A DNA stretch of 64,000 nucleotides from Acidobacteriota bacterium (lineage in GTDB: Bacteria > Acidobacteriota > UBA890 > WLXD01): contig CBDBHB010000008.1 in assembly GCA_965205505.1 (NCBI GenBank), forward strand, positions 448,001 through 512,000, in the 5' to 3' direction. Within the stretch, counting starts at the first letter, position 1. Each line of letters begins with the position of its first letter. Shown here piece by piece: positions 19,648-31,579 of the stretch. A model generated the notes under the pieces. The model was given only the letters and a program-made list of their open reading frames with translations. It made no database searches and was not told the origin of the DNA. The position numbers and the translations under genes were made by a program.

Positions 19648-20712
19648 TCACTGTGCCGTGCGGTTGGCTTCCAGACGCTGGTCGACGAGCTCGACGATCT
19701 CGTCGACCGTGTCCGACTGCAGACTTTGCTGCTGCGCGATCTGACGAACCAGGCAGTCCACCCGTTCGATGTTCTTGGCGCCGGCGAACAGCGCCCGCGC
19801 CGCCGAAGACGGCTTGCGCAGCCCCTCCGCCGCCTTGGCGTATTTCTCGAACGGAACCATGTCGGCATCGGCCGCGCCCAGCCTGACGCACAGCTGTCGG
19901 GTCCAATCGTAGGTCTGGCGCGACAGCTCGAGGTCGGCGTGCACCGCCTCGCGAATCGGGATCATGTCGTCGCTCCGGATACACCGGTAGTTGCCGGCCA
20001 TCAACATCGACCATTTCGCCAGCGGCACGAATAGGGAATCGTGCACCCTGAGCTTCACCGGCAGCTCGATGGCACCATCGCCTGGGTCGTGGCGGGTGGC
20101 AATGATGTCGGCCTCGATGTTGCGCAACATCGCGGTGTGCTCGTGGGCCTCGAATCGAGTGCTCTTGAAATTGGTCGGCAGACCCACCTGGAGAACGTTC
20201 TTCGGTTCCTCCGGTGGGCGAAACGCCTGCGGGTCGGGGCTGGCGAGCGTCACCAGCCCGGGGTCGAAACCCTCCCAGACACTGGCGTCGGTGTAGCACT
20301 GGATGAGCGGAGCAGTCTCGAGCCCGGGAATCCGCTCCAGGTACGGCAGCGGCGGCATGTTCATGATCGCCAGGCTCGGCACCTTGGCCGCGGCGACGCG
20401 CCCCATCAGCTCGCGAACGCCCGGTGCTCCGTACTGCGCCTCCTGCATGGCAAGCACGACCAGGTCGAACAACCCGGGGTCGGCTTCGTCCGGTGTACAT
20501 GCCCAAAGCTCACCGCCGCATCCCTGCGAGGTGATCTCCACCGGGGTCTCTCGACCCCGGATCGGCAGCCGGACCGTGGTTCCACTGTCGTTGATGAGCT
20601 CGGCGGTCGGCTTGGTACACACCAGTGTCACCGAGTGCCCGGCGAGCAACGCCTTGGTGCCCAGCAACGAGCCGTAGGAAGCGCCCAGAATCAATACGTT
20701 GTATTTCGCCAC
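19648..20712 (-). CDS. Ketopantoate-reductase-like conserved protein
   Basis: N-terminal Rossmann-like VLILGASYGSLLG; directly downstream of frc and co-oriented. Confidence 0.7.
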   Translation of the reverse strand: MAKYNVLILGASYGSLLGTKALLAGHSVTLVCTKPTAELINDSGTTVRLPIRGRETPVEITSQGCGGELWACTPDEADPGLFDLVVLAMQEAQYGAPGVRELMGRVAAAKVPSLAIMNMPPLPYLERIPGLETAPLIQCYTDASVWEGFDPGLVTLASPDPQAFRPPEEPKNVLQVGLPTNFKSTRFEAHEHTAMLRNIEADIIATRHDPGDGAIELPVKLRVHDSLFVPLAKWSMLMAGNYRCIRSDDMIPIREAVHADLELSRQTYDWTRQLCVRLGAADADMVPFEKYAKAAEGLRKPSSAARALFAGAKNIERVDCLVRQIAQQQSLQSDTVDEIVELVDQRLEANRTAQ

Positions 20713-20718
20713 AGCTTG

Positions 20719-21966
20719 CTAGATTGCCCCCTGCTCGCGCGCCGCCTCGATTTCGTTGTCATCGAGTCCGACGACGGTCTTGAGAATGTCTTCGGTGTGC
20801 TCGCCCAGCAGCGGCGCGCGTTCGACCTCTGTGGGCGAATCCGACAGCTTTATCGGGTTGCCCACGGTTAGATACGGGCCGCGTTCCGGGTGGTCGACCT
20901 CGACAACGGTTCCCGTCTGCCGCAGGGAAGGCTCGTCGGCCAGCTCCTTCATGGACAGCACCGGGCCACATGGCACGTTCAGCGGGTTGAGCGTGTTCAT
21001 GACCTCCATCTTGTCCTTGGTCATCGTCCATTTCTCGATTTCCGCGAACATCTCGTCGAGCTTGGGCAGGCGCGCGGCCGGAGTGTTCCACTCCGGATCG
21101 TCGAGCCACTCCTCCCGGCCGATCGCCTTGGCAAGCGCCGGGAACGCCGCCGCCTGGGTGATCAGATAGGTATACGCGTCGGGATCAGTCTCCCAGCCCT
21201 TGCATTTGAGAATCCAGCCTGGCTGGCCTCCACCCGAGGCATTACCGGCACGCGGTACGGCGTCGCCGAAGGTGCCGGCCGGATACTGCGGATACTCCGT
21301 TAGCGGCCCATGCGCCAGGCGCTGTTGATCGCGCAGCTTGACGCGACACAGATTCAGCACGGCATCCTGCATGGCACACGAGACCCGCTGCCCCCTGCCG
21401 CTCTTCTCCCGATGCAACAGCGCCGCCAGGATGCCTGCCACCAGGTGCATGCCGGTGCCGGAGTCGCCGATCTGGGCACCGGTTACCGTCGGCACGCGAT
21501 CGATCTCTCCGCTCGTCGACGCCGAGCCACCGGTGCACTGGGCGACGTTCTCGTAGACTTTGCATTCCTCGAACGGACCAGGGCCGAATCCCTTCACCGA
21601 GGCGTAGATCATGCGCGGATTGAGCTCCTGGAGCTTCTCCCACGGGAAGCCCATGCGATCGATTGCACCGGGTGCGAAGTTCTCCACCAGCACGTCGCAT
21701 TCCTCGATCAGCCTGGCGAAGATCTTGTTGCCCGCTTCGGTCTTGGGATTCAACGTGATGCTGCGCTTGTTGGCGTTGAGCATGGTGAAGTACAGGCTGT
21801 CCACGTCGGGAATATCGCGCAGCTGTCCGCGCGTCGCGTCACCGGAGCCCGGCCGCTCCACCTTGATGACGTCGGCGCCGAACCACGCCAGGATCTGGGT
21901 GCACGTCGGTCCTGACTGCACATGGGTCATATCGAGGATACGAACACCATCCAGAGCTCTTCCCAC
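20719..21966 (-). CDS. frc: Formyl-CoA:oxalate CoA-transferase (family III)
   Basis: [67 protein letters not shown]. Confidence 0.93.
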   Translation of the reverse strand: MGRALDGVRILDMTHVQSGPTCTQILAWFGADVIKVERPGSGDATRGQLRDIPDVDSLYFTMLNANKRSITLNPKTEAGNKIFARLIEECDVLVENFAPGAIDRMGFPWEKLQELNPRMIYASVKGFGPGPFEECKVYENVAQCTGGSASTSGEIDRVPTVTGAQIGDSGTGMHLVAGILAALLHREKSGRGQRVSCAMQDAVLNLCRVKLRDQQRLAHGPLTEYPQYPAGTFGDAVPRAGNASGGGQPGWILKCKGWETDPDAYTYLITQAAAFPALAKAIGREEWLDDPEWNTPAARLPKLDEMFAEIEKWTMTKDKMEVMNTLNPLNVPCGPVLSMKELADEPSLRQTGTVVEVDHPERGPYLTVGNPIKLSDSPTEVERAPLLGEHTEDILKTVVGLDDNEIEAAREQGAI

Positions 21967-22267
21967 GGGTGCCTCTTTTCGTCGGGTTCTGGGGTCGCCT
22001 GTCGTGCGTCGAGTGCTGCGAGCGCAGCGTGCCGCTCGGCCGCGGCCACGTCAAGCACCGACCTGAGCTAGGTCACGTCGTCCGTCCGGAGCACGTAATC
22101 GACGCGAGGGTCCCGTTCCTTGACAAGTACCTGGGGCCGGTGAAGTAGCGGAGCTATCGCGGCCCCGGGCCGCGCCGCCAGCCCAGGTTGCATCCTCGGC
22201 GGCCCACAGCCGTCGTGAATACAAACGGCTTCCCGTACATTTGACATCGTGACCGCGCAGTCCGATC

Positions 22268-24519
22268 ATGCCGGGCTCAATGTCGGGAAGCCGAAGAGAC
22301 AGTTGGAGGGGGGACTCGAGCCGGCAGCGCTGGCTTGCCGGGACCTGCGCGCTTACAGCGGCGCTGGGGCTTCTGGTCGCGCTGAATCCCGCATCCCCGG
22401 TAACGGCCCAGGGGTTACCCGTTGTACGCATCGGCTTGGTGCTCGACGCGCCGACCGACATCGAGGGCATTGCCGATCTCATGCGCGGCGAGATCATCGC
22501 GCTGAACCGTCGTGACTTCGACATACGCTTCCCGGAGGACAAGACCCTCGACGGTAACTGGACGGCTTCGGGGGCGGTGGCGGCGCTCGATCGGCTGTTG
22601 GCCGACCCCGAGGTCGACATCGTGCTCACCATGGGAGTGCTGGCCGCCAGCGAGCTGGCTCGCCGGGAGGACTTCCCCAAGCCGGTCATTGCGCCGTTCG
22701 TGATCGATCAGGAGCTGCAGGGTTTCCACCCGCAGGTGGGACGCCGACCGGACGGCCGCACGATCCGGGTGAGCGGTATCGATAACCTCAACTACCTGAT
22801 TCCGCCGTGGAACACCGACCGTGACCTGTTCGAGCTGCGTCGTATCACGGGCGTTCGATCGCGTCGCGCTGCTCATCGATGAGCGCTTGGTCGCCGGTCT
22901 GCCAGCGCTACAGGAACACGTGCGGCTAGCGGCTGAGGCCCGCAGCTACGATCTGCAGGTGGTTCCGGTGACCGACGACATCCCGGCCACGGTGGCCGCC
23001 ATTCCGGATGACGTCCAGGCGGTCATGGTCGGCTTCATGGGGTACCTGTCGGACGAACAGTTCGCCGCGCTGTCGGGCGGCCTGATCTCGCGTCGGCTGC
23101 CGAGCTACGCGGTCTTCGGGCGCCCCGACGTGGAGCGCGGGTTGATGCTCGGCGTAGCGCCCGGGTCGGACTTCCAGCGCATCGGGCGACGTGTGGCGAT
23201 CAACATCCAGCGAATCTTGCTGGGCGAGAACGCCAGCGAGCTATCGATCGACCTGGCACAAAACAACGACGTGACGTTCAACATGGCCACGGCGCGGGCG
23301 ATCGGCTATTCGCCCACGTTCGAGCTGCTCACCGAGGCTACCGTGCTGTTCGAGGAGCGCCTCGATCTGGCACGCGAGATCACGCTGGCGCAGGCGGTGC
23401 AAGAGGCGCTCGAGCACCAACGCGAGCAGCTGCGGCTCGATGTGATCGCCGAGGCCGCCATAGCTTTTCTCGACGTACTCCGCGCCGGAACGGGCGAGGG
23501 CGTGCGCAAGCAGAACCTGTCGCTCACCCGCACCAACCTCGACCTGTCGCGGGTTCGCCAGAGCATCGGCACTGCCAACCCGGCCGAGGTGTTCCGCTGG
23601 GAAAGCCAGGTGGCCACCGAGCGCAGCCAGGTGATCAGCGCCAGCGCCCTGCGCAACCAGGCCGAGATCGCCCTCAACCGCATTCTCAACCGGCCGCTCG
23701 AGGAGAGCTTCCGCGCCGTAGACCAGGGCATCGGCTACCAACCCGTTGGAAAGCGACGAGTCGGCGGCGCTGCGAACGCAGCTCGACCCCTATCTCAACG
23801 ACCAGACCAGCTTCAGCATCTTCCGTGACTTCATGGCCCTGGAGGCCCTGCGCGACTCCCCAGAGCTAGCCCAGCTCGACGCCTTCATCGCCGCCCAACA
23901 GCGCGTGCTGCGCGGTGCCCGCCGGGCTTTCTGGGCGCCGACGGTTGGCCTGTCGGGGCAGCTGTCACAGGTGCTCGGCCGGGGCGGCGCCGGTGATCCG
24001 GCGTCGAGCGGTGTCGAGTTACCCTTCACTTTCCCGGTGCCGGGAAACAACAGCTGGAGCCTCGGTATTTCCGCGAGCCTGCCGCTGGTGACCGGCGGAT
24101 TTCGTATCAGCGAACGGCAGCGCGCCTTGTACGAGCTCGATCGACTCAATCTCGAGCGCCGTGCCACCTCAGAGCGCATCGAGCAACGTGTTCGGTCGGC
24201 CATGCACGCTACCCGCGCTTCGTTCGCCGCCCTCGAGCTAACCCAGCAAGCGGCCCTCGCCGCGGGACGTAATTTCGATCTCGTACAAGACGGCTACTCA
24301 CAGGGTGTGGCCGACATTATCGACCTGCTCGACGCACAGAACGCCGCTCTGGTGGCTGACCTGGGCGCGGCCACCGCCGTCTACGACTACCTGATCGACT
24401 TGGTGAGCGTCGAGCGCGCGGTGGCTAAGTTCAACCTGTTCTCGAGCCATCAAGAGGCGCGTGACTTCCTACGACGCTTGAACGATTTCTACGACCAGAG
24501 CACGGAGTCCCAACGATGA
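22268..24519 (+). pseudogene. TolC-family outer-membrane factor with N-terminal substrate-binding-like domain; two frameshifts and a probable internal deletion
   Basis: Three consecutive ORFs (22268-22882, 22821-23828, 23746-24519) join at about 22850 and about 23745. OEP repeats (AEIALNRILNRP; DLLDAQNAAL) are present; the first OEP repeat looks shortened near 23415. Confidence 0.8.
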
Positions 24520-25616
24520 GCCGAACGCTCCTGACGGTGATCACAACGCTATGCGTGGCCGGCTGCGCCGCCGAGGAGCCGCCGGCCGAGGCGGTATTGC
24601 GACCGGTACGCTCGCAAGCGGTCGAGCCGGCCGGGACAGCACGCGAGCGCATCTTCTCGGGCGTGGCCGTCGCGAGCATCGAATCGCAGCTCAGCTTTCG
24701 GGTAGGCGGCACCGTGACACGCGTCGCCGTCGAGGTGGGCGACCGTGTACGGGCCGGTCAGATAATCGCCGAGCTCGACCCCACCGACCTGCAGCTGGAG
24801 CTGGAGAGCTCGCAGGCGGCACTCGATCAGGCGCAGGCGAGCCGGCGCAACGCCGACGCGAACTTCGACCGCGCCCGTGAGCTATACGAAAACAACAACG
24901 CCTCGCAGAACGAGTACGACGCCGCACGCGCGCAGGCCGAATCGGCGACGGCCGGCGTAGATTCGGCGCAGAAACAGCTGCAGCTGGCAAGGCTGCGGCT
25001 CGGCTACGCGACGTTGCGCGCGTCGATTGCCGGGGCGATCGCCGCGGTCGACGTCGACGCGAACGAGAACGTCAGTGCCGGCTCGGTAGTGGCAATGCTG
25101 ACCTCCGGATCGCAGCCGGAGGTACGCGTCGCCATTCCGGAGAACCTAATCAGTCGCGTCGAGCGCGGCAGCCGTGTGGACGTGGAGTTCGACGCGCTCC
25201 CCGGGCGCCGCCTCACCGCCACGGTGACCGAGGTCGGAGTAGCTGCCTTGGGCACGGCGACCACCTTCCCGGTAACTGCGCGCCTCGACGTCGACGTACC
25301 GGAGGTGCGCTCGGGGATGGCTGCCGAGGTGCGCTTCCGCTTTGGTGAGGACGGCAGCGCAGACACCCTCCTGGTGCCGCTGGTGGCGGTCGGCGAGGAC
25401 CGTCAGGGTCGCTTCGTGTTCGTGCTGGAGGCCAGCGGCGAGGGACGCGGCTTGGTGCGGCGGCGCCAGGTAACCCTCGGCGAGATTCGTGGCACCGGCG
25501 TGGAGGTCTTGTCGGGTCTGCGCGCCGGCGAGCGCATCGTCACCGCCGGCCTGCGGCGGCTCACCGACGGCCAAGAAGTGCGGCTCGCCGACACCCGACT
25601 CGGAGAGGCAGGGTAG
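24516..25616 (+). CDS. RND efflux periplasmic adaptor (MFP)
   Basis: Lipoprotein-like signal, LSFRVGGTV, GDRVRAGQIIAELD, RSGMAAEV, GLRAGERIVTAG. Confidence 0.92.
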   Translation: MSRTLLTVITTLCVAGCAAEEPPAEAVLRPVRSQAVEPAGTARERIFSGVAVASIESQLSFRVGGTVTRVAVEVGDRVRAGQIIAELDPTDLQLELESSQAALDQAQASRRNADANFDRARELYENNNASQNEYDAARAQAESATAGVDSAQKQLQLARLRLGYATLRASIAGAIAAVDVDANENVSAGSVVAMLTSGSQPEVRVAIPENLISRVERGSRVDVEFDALPGRRLTATVTEVGVAALGTATTFPVTARLDVDVPEVRSGMAAEVRFRFGEDGSADTLLVPLVAVGEDRQGRFVFVLEASGEGRGLVRRRQVTLGEIRGTGVEVLSGLRAGERIVTAGLRRLTDGQEVRLADTRLGEAG

Positions 25617-25622
25617 ATCACC

Positions 25623-28600
25623 GTGGGACTCACCGCCTGGGCCATCGACAAGTCGCGCGTCACGCTCGTTACAGCGCTGGTGGTTGCCGGCGCTGGCTAC
25701 CAGTCCTACGTGAACATGCCGCGTGCCGAGGACCCCGGCTTCGTTATCCGCGTCGCGCTGGTGATCACACGCTTTCCTGGCGCCAGCCCGGAGCGGGTTG
25801 AGCAGCTGATCACCGACAAGCTCGAGAAAGCGGTGCAGGAGATGCCCGAGCTCGACTACATCACGAGCAACTCCAAGACCGGCGTATCGGAGCTCATGGT
25901 CAATTTCAAGGAGAGCTACCGTGATATGCGGCCGATCTTCGACTCGCTGCGGCGCAAGATCGACTCGGCGCGCGGTGATCTACCCGACGGTGTCATCGGG
26001 CCGTTCGTCAACGACGAGTTCGGCGACGTATTCGGAACCATCGTCACGATCACCGGAAGCGACTTCGAGTATGCCGAGCTCAAGCTGATCGCCGACGAGG
26101 TGCGCGACGGGCTGCTGCTCGTCACCGATGTTGCGAAGGTGGAGATTTACGGCGCCCAGGACGAGCGCGTGTTCGTGGAGTACAACAACGCCCGCCTGTC
26201 GGAGATAGGCCTGTCGCCGGAACAGCTGCGCAATATTCTGGCGGCGCGCAACATCGTCTCACCGGGCGGCAACATCGACACCGGCGATGAGATCCTCGTG
26301 CTCGAGCCGTCGGGCAACTTCGAGACGATCGACGAGCTGGGTCAGACAGTGATCAACCTCCCGGGCAGTCGCGACCTGCTGCTGCTGCGCGACGTGGCGG
26401 AGATCTACCGTGGCTACGTCGACCCGCCGGAGAGCAAGGTGCGCGCATCGGGTGTGCAGGGTTTGGCGCTGGCGATCTCGATGCGTGAGGGCGGCAACAT
26501 CCTGCTGCTCGGCGAGGGCGTGCGCGCCAAGATCGACGAGCTGACGGCGTTCTACCCGATCGGCGTCGACTTCGACTACGTGCAGTTTCAGGCCGCCGAG
26601 GTGCAGACCCTGGTCGACGATTTCATCGGCAACCTGCTGCAGGCAGTGGGCATCGTCGCTGCGATAATGCTGCTGTTCCTGGGCGTGCGCACCGGGCTGG
26701 TGGTGGCCAGCCTGATTCCGGCCGCCATCCTGGCGTCGCTCACGCTGATGGGATTCTTCGCCATCGGCCTGGATCAGATGTCGATCGCTGCGCTGATCAT
26801 CTCGCTCGGTCTGCTGGTCGACAACGCCATCGTCATGTCGGAGTCGATCATGGTGGCGATGGCCGAGGGTAAGCCTCGGGTGCGGGCAGCGGTGGATTCG
26901 GCCAACGAGCTGCGCATTCCGCTGCTTACCTCGTCGCTCACCACGGCGGCAGCCTTCCTGCCGATCTACCTGGCGGAGAACGCCACCGGCGAGTACACCG
27001 CGCCACTGTTCAAGGTGGTTTCGCTCACGCTGCTGTCGTCGTGGCTCATCTCGATGACCTTGATTCCGCTGCTGTGCGTGCTCTTCCTGAAGGTCAAGCC
27101 GGCCGTCAAGGCGGCATCGCCGGATGGTTCCGGAGGGATATTCGACACGGCGTTCTATCGCTTCTACCGCCGCGCGCTGGTGCGCTCGATCCGCTGGCGC
27201 TGGGCGTCACTGGCCGCTGTGGCGGCCGTCTTCGTCGCCACGATGAGCCTCTTCGGGCTGATCCCCAACATCTTCTTCCCGCCGGGGTCACGAGCCACGC
27301 TGACCGTCGAGCTGGAGCTTCCCGCCGGCACGCCGATCGCCCGCACCGAGCAAATGGCGGAGCGCTTCGATGCGTTCATCGCCGAGGAGCTGGTCGTCGG
27401 TGCCGACCGTCCCGAAGGGGTGACCACCTGGGCGTCGTTCATCGGACGGGGAGCGCCGCGCTACGTGCTGCCGTATGGGCCCGAACAGCCGAACCCGTCG
27501 TACGCCTACTTGCTGGTCAACACGACGTCCCGACGACTGGTAGACGAGATCATGCCGCGTGTGGAGCGCTTCGGTGCCGATCACTTCCCCGACCTCAAGA
27601 TCACGGCGCGACCGATCCCGCTCGGGCCGCCGGCCTGGCCGCCGGTTGCGGTGCGGATCTCGGGCCGCAACAGCGAGGTGCTGTTCGACATCGTCGAGCA
27701 AGTCAAGGCGCGGTTGCACGAGATTCCCGGCACGAAGCTGATCGACGATGACTGGGGCGCACGCTCCAAGAAGCTCGTCGTGCAGGTCGACCAGCCGCGG
27801 GCGTTGCGCGCCGGGGTGTCGAGTCAGGACATCGCCGTCTCACTGCAGTCATTTCTGAGCGGCATCGTGACCACGGAATACCGCGAGGGCGACAAGATCA
27901 TTCCGGTCACGCTGCGCTCCGTGGCCGCGCAGCGCAACAACCTCGACCGGCTCGAGAGCCTCAATGTGTACTCGCAGAGCAGTGGGCTGTCGGTGCCGCT
28001 CAAGCAGGTCGCCGATGTGCGACTCGAATGGCAGCCGAGTACCATCCGACGGCGATCGCGGCTGCGCACCGTGACGGTGGAGGCCGGGACCGAGCCCGGC
28101 GTTACGGCCGCCGACATCAACGCGCAGCTGCAGCCCTGGCTCGACGAGCTGCAGGCCGATTGGGGGCCTGGTTACTCCTTCGAGCTCGGTGGCGAGCAGG
28201 AAAACTCCGGCGACGCCAACGCCGCCATCGGCGCCAAGCTGCCCATCGCGGCGATGATCATCGTGCTGTTGCTGGTCGGGCAGTTCAACTCGGTGCGCAA
28301 ACCCCTGATCGTGCTCATCACGATCCCCCTGGGCCTCATCGGCGTCGTGCTCGGCCTGCTTGCCACGCAGCTGTACTTCGGCTTCATGACCCTGCTCGGC
28401 ATCATCTCGCTGTCGGAAATCGTCATCAACAACGCCATCGTGCTGATCGACCGTATCAACATCGAGATCGAGACCAATGGCCTGCAGCCCGCAGCGGCGA
28501 TCATCGAGTCGGCACAGCGGCGCTTGCGACCGATCGTCATGACAACGTGCACCACCGTCGGCGGACTGCTGCCGCTGTACCTCGGCGGCGGCCCGATGTG

Positions 28601-28721
28601 GGAGCCGCTGGCGGTGGCCATCATGGGCGGGCTGATCTTCGCCACGCTCTTGACGCTGGGTGTGGTACCGATCCTCTACGCGGTGTTCTTCCGCGTGAGC
28701 CTCGCCGACTACACGGGATAA
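25623..28721 (+). CDS. RND efflux permease (AcrB/AcrD/AcrF family)
   Basis: 1032 aa; FPGASPERVEQ, GLLVDNAIV, RRLRPIVMT, WEPLAVAIMGGL. Confidence 0.95.
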   Translation: MGLTAWAIDKSRVTLVTALVVAGAGYQSYVNMPRAEDPGFVIRVALVITRFPGASPERVEQLITDKLEKAVQEMPELDYITSNSKTGVSELMVNFKESYRDMRPIFDSLRRKIDSARGDLPDGVIGPFVNDEFGDVFGTIVTITGSDFEYAELKLIADEVRDGLLLVTDVAKVEIYGAQDERVFVEYNNARLSEIGLSPEQLRNILAARNIVSPGGNIDTGDEILVLEPSGNFETIDELGQTVINLPGSRDLLLLRDVAEIYRGYVDPPESKVRASGVQGLALAISMREGGNILLLGEGVRAKIDELTAFYPIGVDFDYVQFQAAEVQTLVDDFIGNLLQAVGIVAAIMLLFLGVRTGLVVASLIPAAILASLTLMGFFAIGLDQMSIAALIISLGLLVDNAIVMSESIMVAMAEGKPRVRAAVDSANELRIPLLTSSLTTAAAFLPIYLAENATGEYTAPLFKVVSLTLLSSWLISMTLIPLLCVLFLKVKPAVKAASPDGSGGIFDTAFYRFYRRALVRSIRWRWASLAAVAAVFVATMSLFGLIPNIFFPPGSRATLTVELELPAGTPIARTEQMAERFDAFIAEELVVGADRPEGVTTWASFIGRGAPRYVLPYGPEQPNPSYAYLLVNTTSRRLVDEIMPRVERFGADHFPDLKITARPIPLGPPAWPPVAVRISGRNSEVLFDIVEQVKARLHEIPGTKLIDDDWGARSKKLVVQVDQPRALRAGVSSQDIAVSLQSFLSGIVTTEYREGDKIIPVTLRSVAAQRNNLDRLESLNVYSQSSGLSVPLKQVADVRLEWQPSTIRRRSRLRTVTVEAGTEPGVTAADINAQLQPWLDELQADWGPGYSFELGGEQENSGDANAAIGAKLPIAAMIIVLLLVGQFNSVRKPLIVLITIPLGLIGVVLGLLATQLYFGFMTLLGIISLSEIVINNAIVLIDRINIEIETNGLQPAAAIIESAQRRLRPIVMTTCTTVGGLLPLYLGGGPMWEPLAVAIMGGLIFATLLTLGVVPILYAVFFRVSLADYTG

Positions 28722-28801
28722 CGCTCGGCGGAATCCCCAGGCACGGGGTCGTCAGAGAGACGTAGGGGGCCGCCCAACACTTGTTGTGCCGAGCATCAAA
28801 G

Positions 28802-28839
28802 ACTACAGTGTGTTGATTGATCAATAACCACACTGTAGT
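28802..28839. promoter_or_regulatory. Inverted repeat upstream of padR (candidate operator)
   Basis: actacagtgtg-ttgattgatcaataac-cacactgtagt, ending 17 bp before the GTG start. Confidence 0.5.
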
Positions 28840-28856
28840 TGTCGTGGAGAATCCCC

Positions 28857-29213
28857 GTGCCCAGCCATCTTGGTGAGTTCGAGCAGTTGATTCTTTTTGC
28901 CCTGCTGCGACTGGGCGAGAGCGCCTACGGTGTATCGGTGCGACAGGAGATCGAGGAGCGTGCCGGGCGACCGGTAAGCTCCGGAGCCGTATACACGGCG
29001 CTGGGTCGCCTGGAGGCGAGGAGCTTCGTCACCTCGAGACTCGGCGAGACGGCGCCGCAACGCGGCGGGCGGCGGCGCAAGTACTACAGGCTCGAGCCGG
29101 CCGGAGCAGCGGCGCTGCAACGCGCCTTCGTCAACGTGCGTGACATGTCACGCGGGCTGACTGGCCGCCTGGCAATGCTGGCGGCCACCTCCGATTCGAC
29201 CGCGGAGGACTAG
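28857..29213 (+). CDS. PadR-family regulator (acidobacterial type)
   Basis: LGEFEQLILFALLRLGESAYGVSVRQEIE...GAVYTALGRLE...GGRRRKYY. Confidence 0.93.
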   Translation: MPSHLGEFEQLILFALLRLGESAYGVSVRQEIEERAGRPVSSGAVYTALGRLEARSFVTSRLGETAPQRGGRRRKYYRLEPAGAAALQRAFVNVRDMSRGLTGRLAMLAATSDSTAED

Positions 29214-31300
29214 TGTCCCGTAACCGAGGTTCGTTGCGTCGCACGAGACCAGCGTCGCGGCTGGTACGACTGTTGTTCCGACTCCTGGTGCGTGCTGACG
29301 CCAGAGAGTTCATCCTCGGCGATATCGAGGAGGAGTTCCACACACTGCACCTACCGCGCCTGGGCTACCGGGCAGCGCGACGCCGCTACTGGCGCAACGC
29401 ACTGGGCTCGCTGCGCGAGGCGCACAGCCCCTACTCTCTGCCGCCCCAAAATCCCCGACGCGGAGACCTGATGGACAGCGCTACTCTGAACCTACGTTTC
29501 ACGGTGCGCTCCTGGTTCAAGCAACCAGCGGTGACGCTCACCGCGCTGCTGGCGCTGGCACTCGGGATCGGCGCCAACGCGGCGATCTTCAGCGTCGTCT
29601 ACGGGGTGTTGCTGAACCCTTTGGGCTATCCGCGGCCCAGCGAGCTGATGACCGTCTGGCTCGACAACAATCTGCAGGGTTGGCACCAGGATGTGACCTC
29701 CTGGGACAACTTCGCCGACTGGCGCGACATGAATACTACGTTCGTCGACATGGCGGCCGTTCTGCCGACCTCCGATAGCCTCACGGGCACGGGGGATCCG
29801 GAGCGGCTGAGCTCACAAGCGGTCTCGCCGACGTTCTTCGACATCCTCGCTGTGGAGCCTCGACTCGGGCGCGGCTTCGACGCCACCGACTGGGACACCG
29901 ACGAGCGCGTCGTGGTGCTCAGCGACGGTTCCTGGCGGCGGCGCTTCGCCGCCGATCCCGCGGTGCTAGGGACCTCGATCGTGCTCAATGGCATCCCCCA
30001 CACGATCGTCGGCGTGATGCCTCCAGCCTTTCAGTACATGGCCGAGAACACCGAGCACTGGCGGCTTTTGGGGCGTGACATTCAGGAAAGCGGTCGCGGC
30101 CAGCTGTTTCTGCAGGTCGTCGGGCGGCTTAAGGCCGGAGTGACTCCTGCCCAGGCCCAAGCCGACGTCGACCGAGTGGGCGCCCGGCTGGAGCAGGAGT
30201 ACCCGGAAACGAACGCCGGCTACGGTTCGAACTGCACCTACCAGTGCTCGCCGCAACGCTGGCGGCGTCTGCCGTCACCGGGTTGGTCTTCGGATTGGCG
30301 CCGGCGCTACACGCCGCTGGCACCGATCTCGGTCGGGCGCTCGGCGAGCGTGGCGGCGGCGAGGGCGGCCGCTCGGTGGGACGAGTGCGAACTGGTCTGG
30401 CGGTCGCGGAGATTGCCGTGGCACTGATATTGGTGACCGGGGCCGGGCTGCTGCTGCGCAGCTATTCGGCCCTGGTTGACAACGGCCCCGGGTTCGACGC
30501 CGAGGGAGCACTCACCTTCCGCGTCTCCTTGACCGGCCCCAACTATGAGTCGGGCGACGACGCCCGCGGCTACTTCGAGGAGGCGCTACGGCGGTTGGGA
30601 TCGCTACCTGGAGTGGACTCGGTGGCCGGCGTCAGCAGCCTGCCGCTCGGGGTCAACTACAGCTCGGGCACCTTCACCGTCGAGGGCCGCCCGCCGCAGG
30701 AGCGCTCGCAGCTGCGCGAGGTGAAGATGAACGTCGTTACCCCGGGCTACTTCCGCACCATGGGCATTCCGCTAGTGGCCGGCCGCATCTTCGATCACAA
30801 CGACACGCGCGATGCGGAGTTCGTCGTGGTGATCAACGATGCCCTCGCGCAGGCCCACTTCCCCGGAGAGGATCCGATCGGGCAGGGCTTCCTGTACGGC
30901 ATCCCGGAGTCCTATCGCTCCGACAATGATCTGGATCCCGAGCTGCCTTGGGGACGCATCATCGGCGTGGTGCGCGGCAACCGCCACCGCGGTCTGGATC
31001 AGCCGATCGAGCCGGAGGTGTTCTCGGTGTTCGATCAGGGGCCGCGGGGGGCGCTGTCGTTGGTGTTGAGGACCGAAGGCGACCCGCTGGCATTGGCTCC
31101 TGCAGCACGAAGCGAGATCTGGGCCATCGATGCCAACCAGCCGATCGCCGCCCTCGGCCCCCTCGACGAGCATGTGCAGGGCACCACTCGAGCCCGACGA
31201 TTCAACCTGATGCTGCTCGGCCTGTTCGCCGCGGTGACCTGACCCCCCAAAACGGATCCAGAGGTAATCTCACGATCTGGGTCGAAAAGGGGAGGTCAGA

Positions 31301-31579
31301 ATGCCGACGAAGAGGCACAGCGCCGAGCAGATCGTACGCAAGCTCCGGGAGGCTGAAGTGGAGCTGGCGCAAGGCGGGACGGTCAAGGATGCCTGCCGCA
31401 AGCTAGCGATCACCGAGCACACCTACTATCGGTGGCGGCGGGAGTACGGGGGGCTGAAGGTCAACCAGGCCAGAAGGCTCAAGCAGCTGGAGAAAGAAAA
31501 CGCCCGGCTCAAGAAACTGGTGGCGGAGAAAGAGCTCGACCTGTCGATCCTGAAGGAAGTCGCGGAGGGAAACTTCTGA
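31301..31579 (+). CDS. IS3 OrfA
   Basis: [19 protein letters not shown]...[11 protein letters not shown]...[10 protein letters not shown]; GGGAAAC slippery site. Confidence 0.93.
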   Translation: MPTKRHSAEQIVRKLREAEVELAQGGTVKDACRKLAITEHTYYRWRREYGGLKVNQARRLKQLEKENARLKKLVAEKELDLSILKEVAEGNF

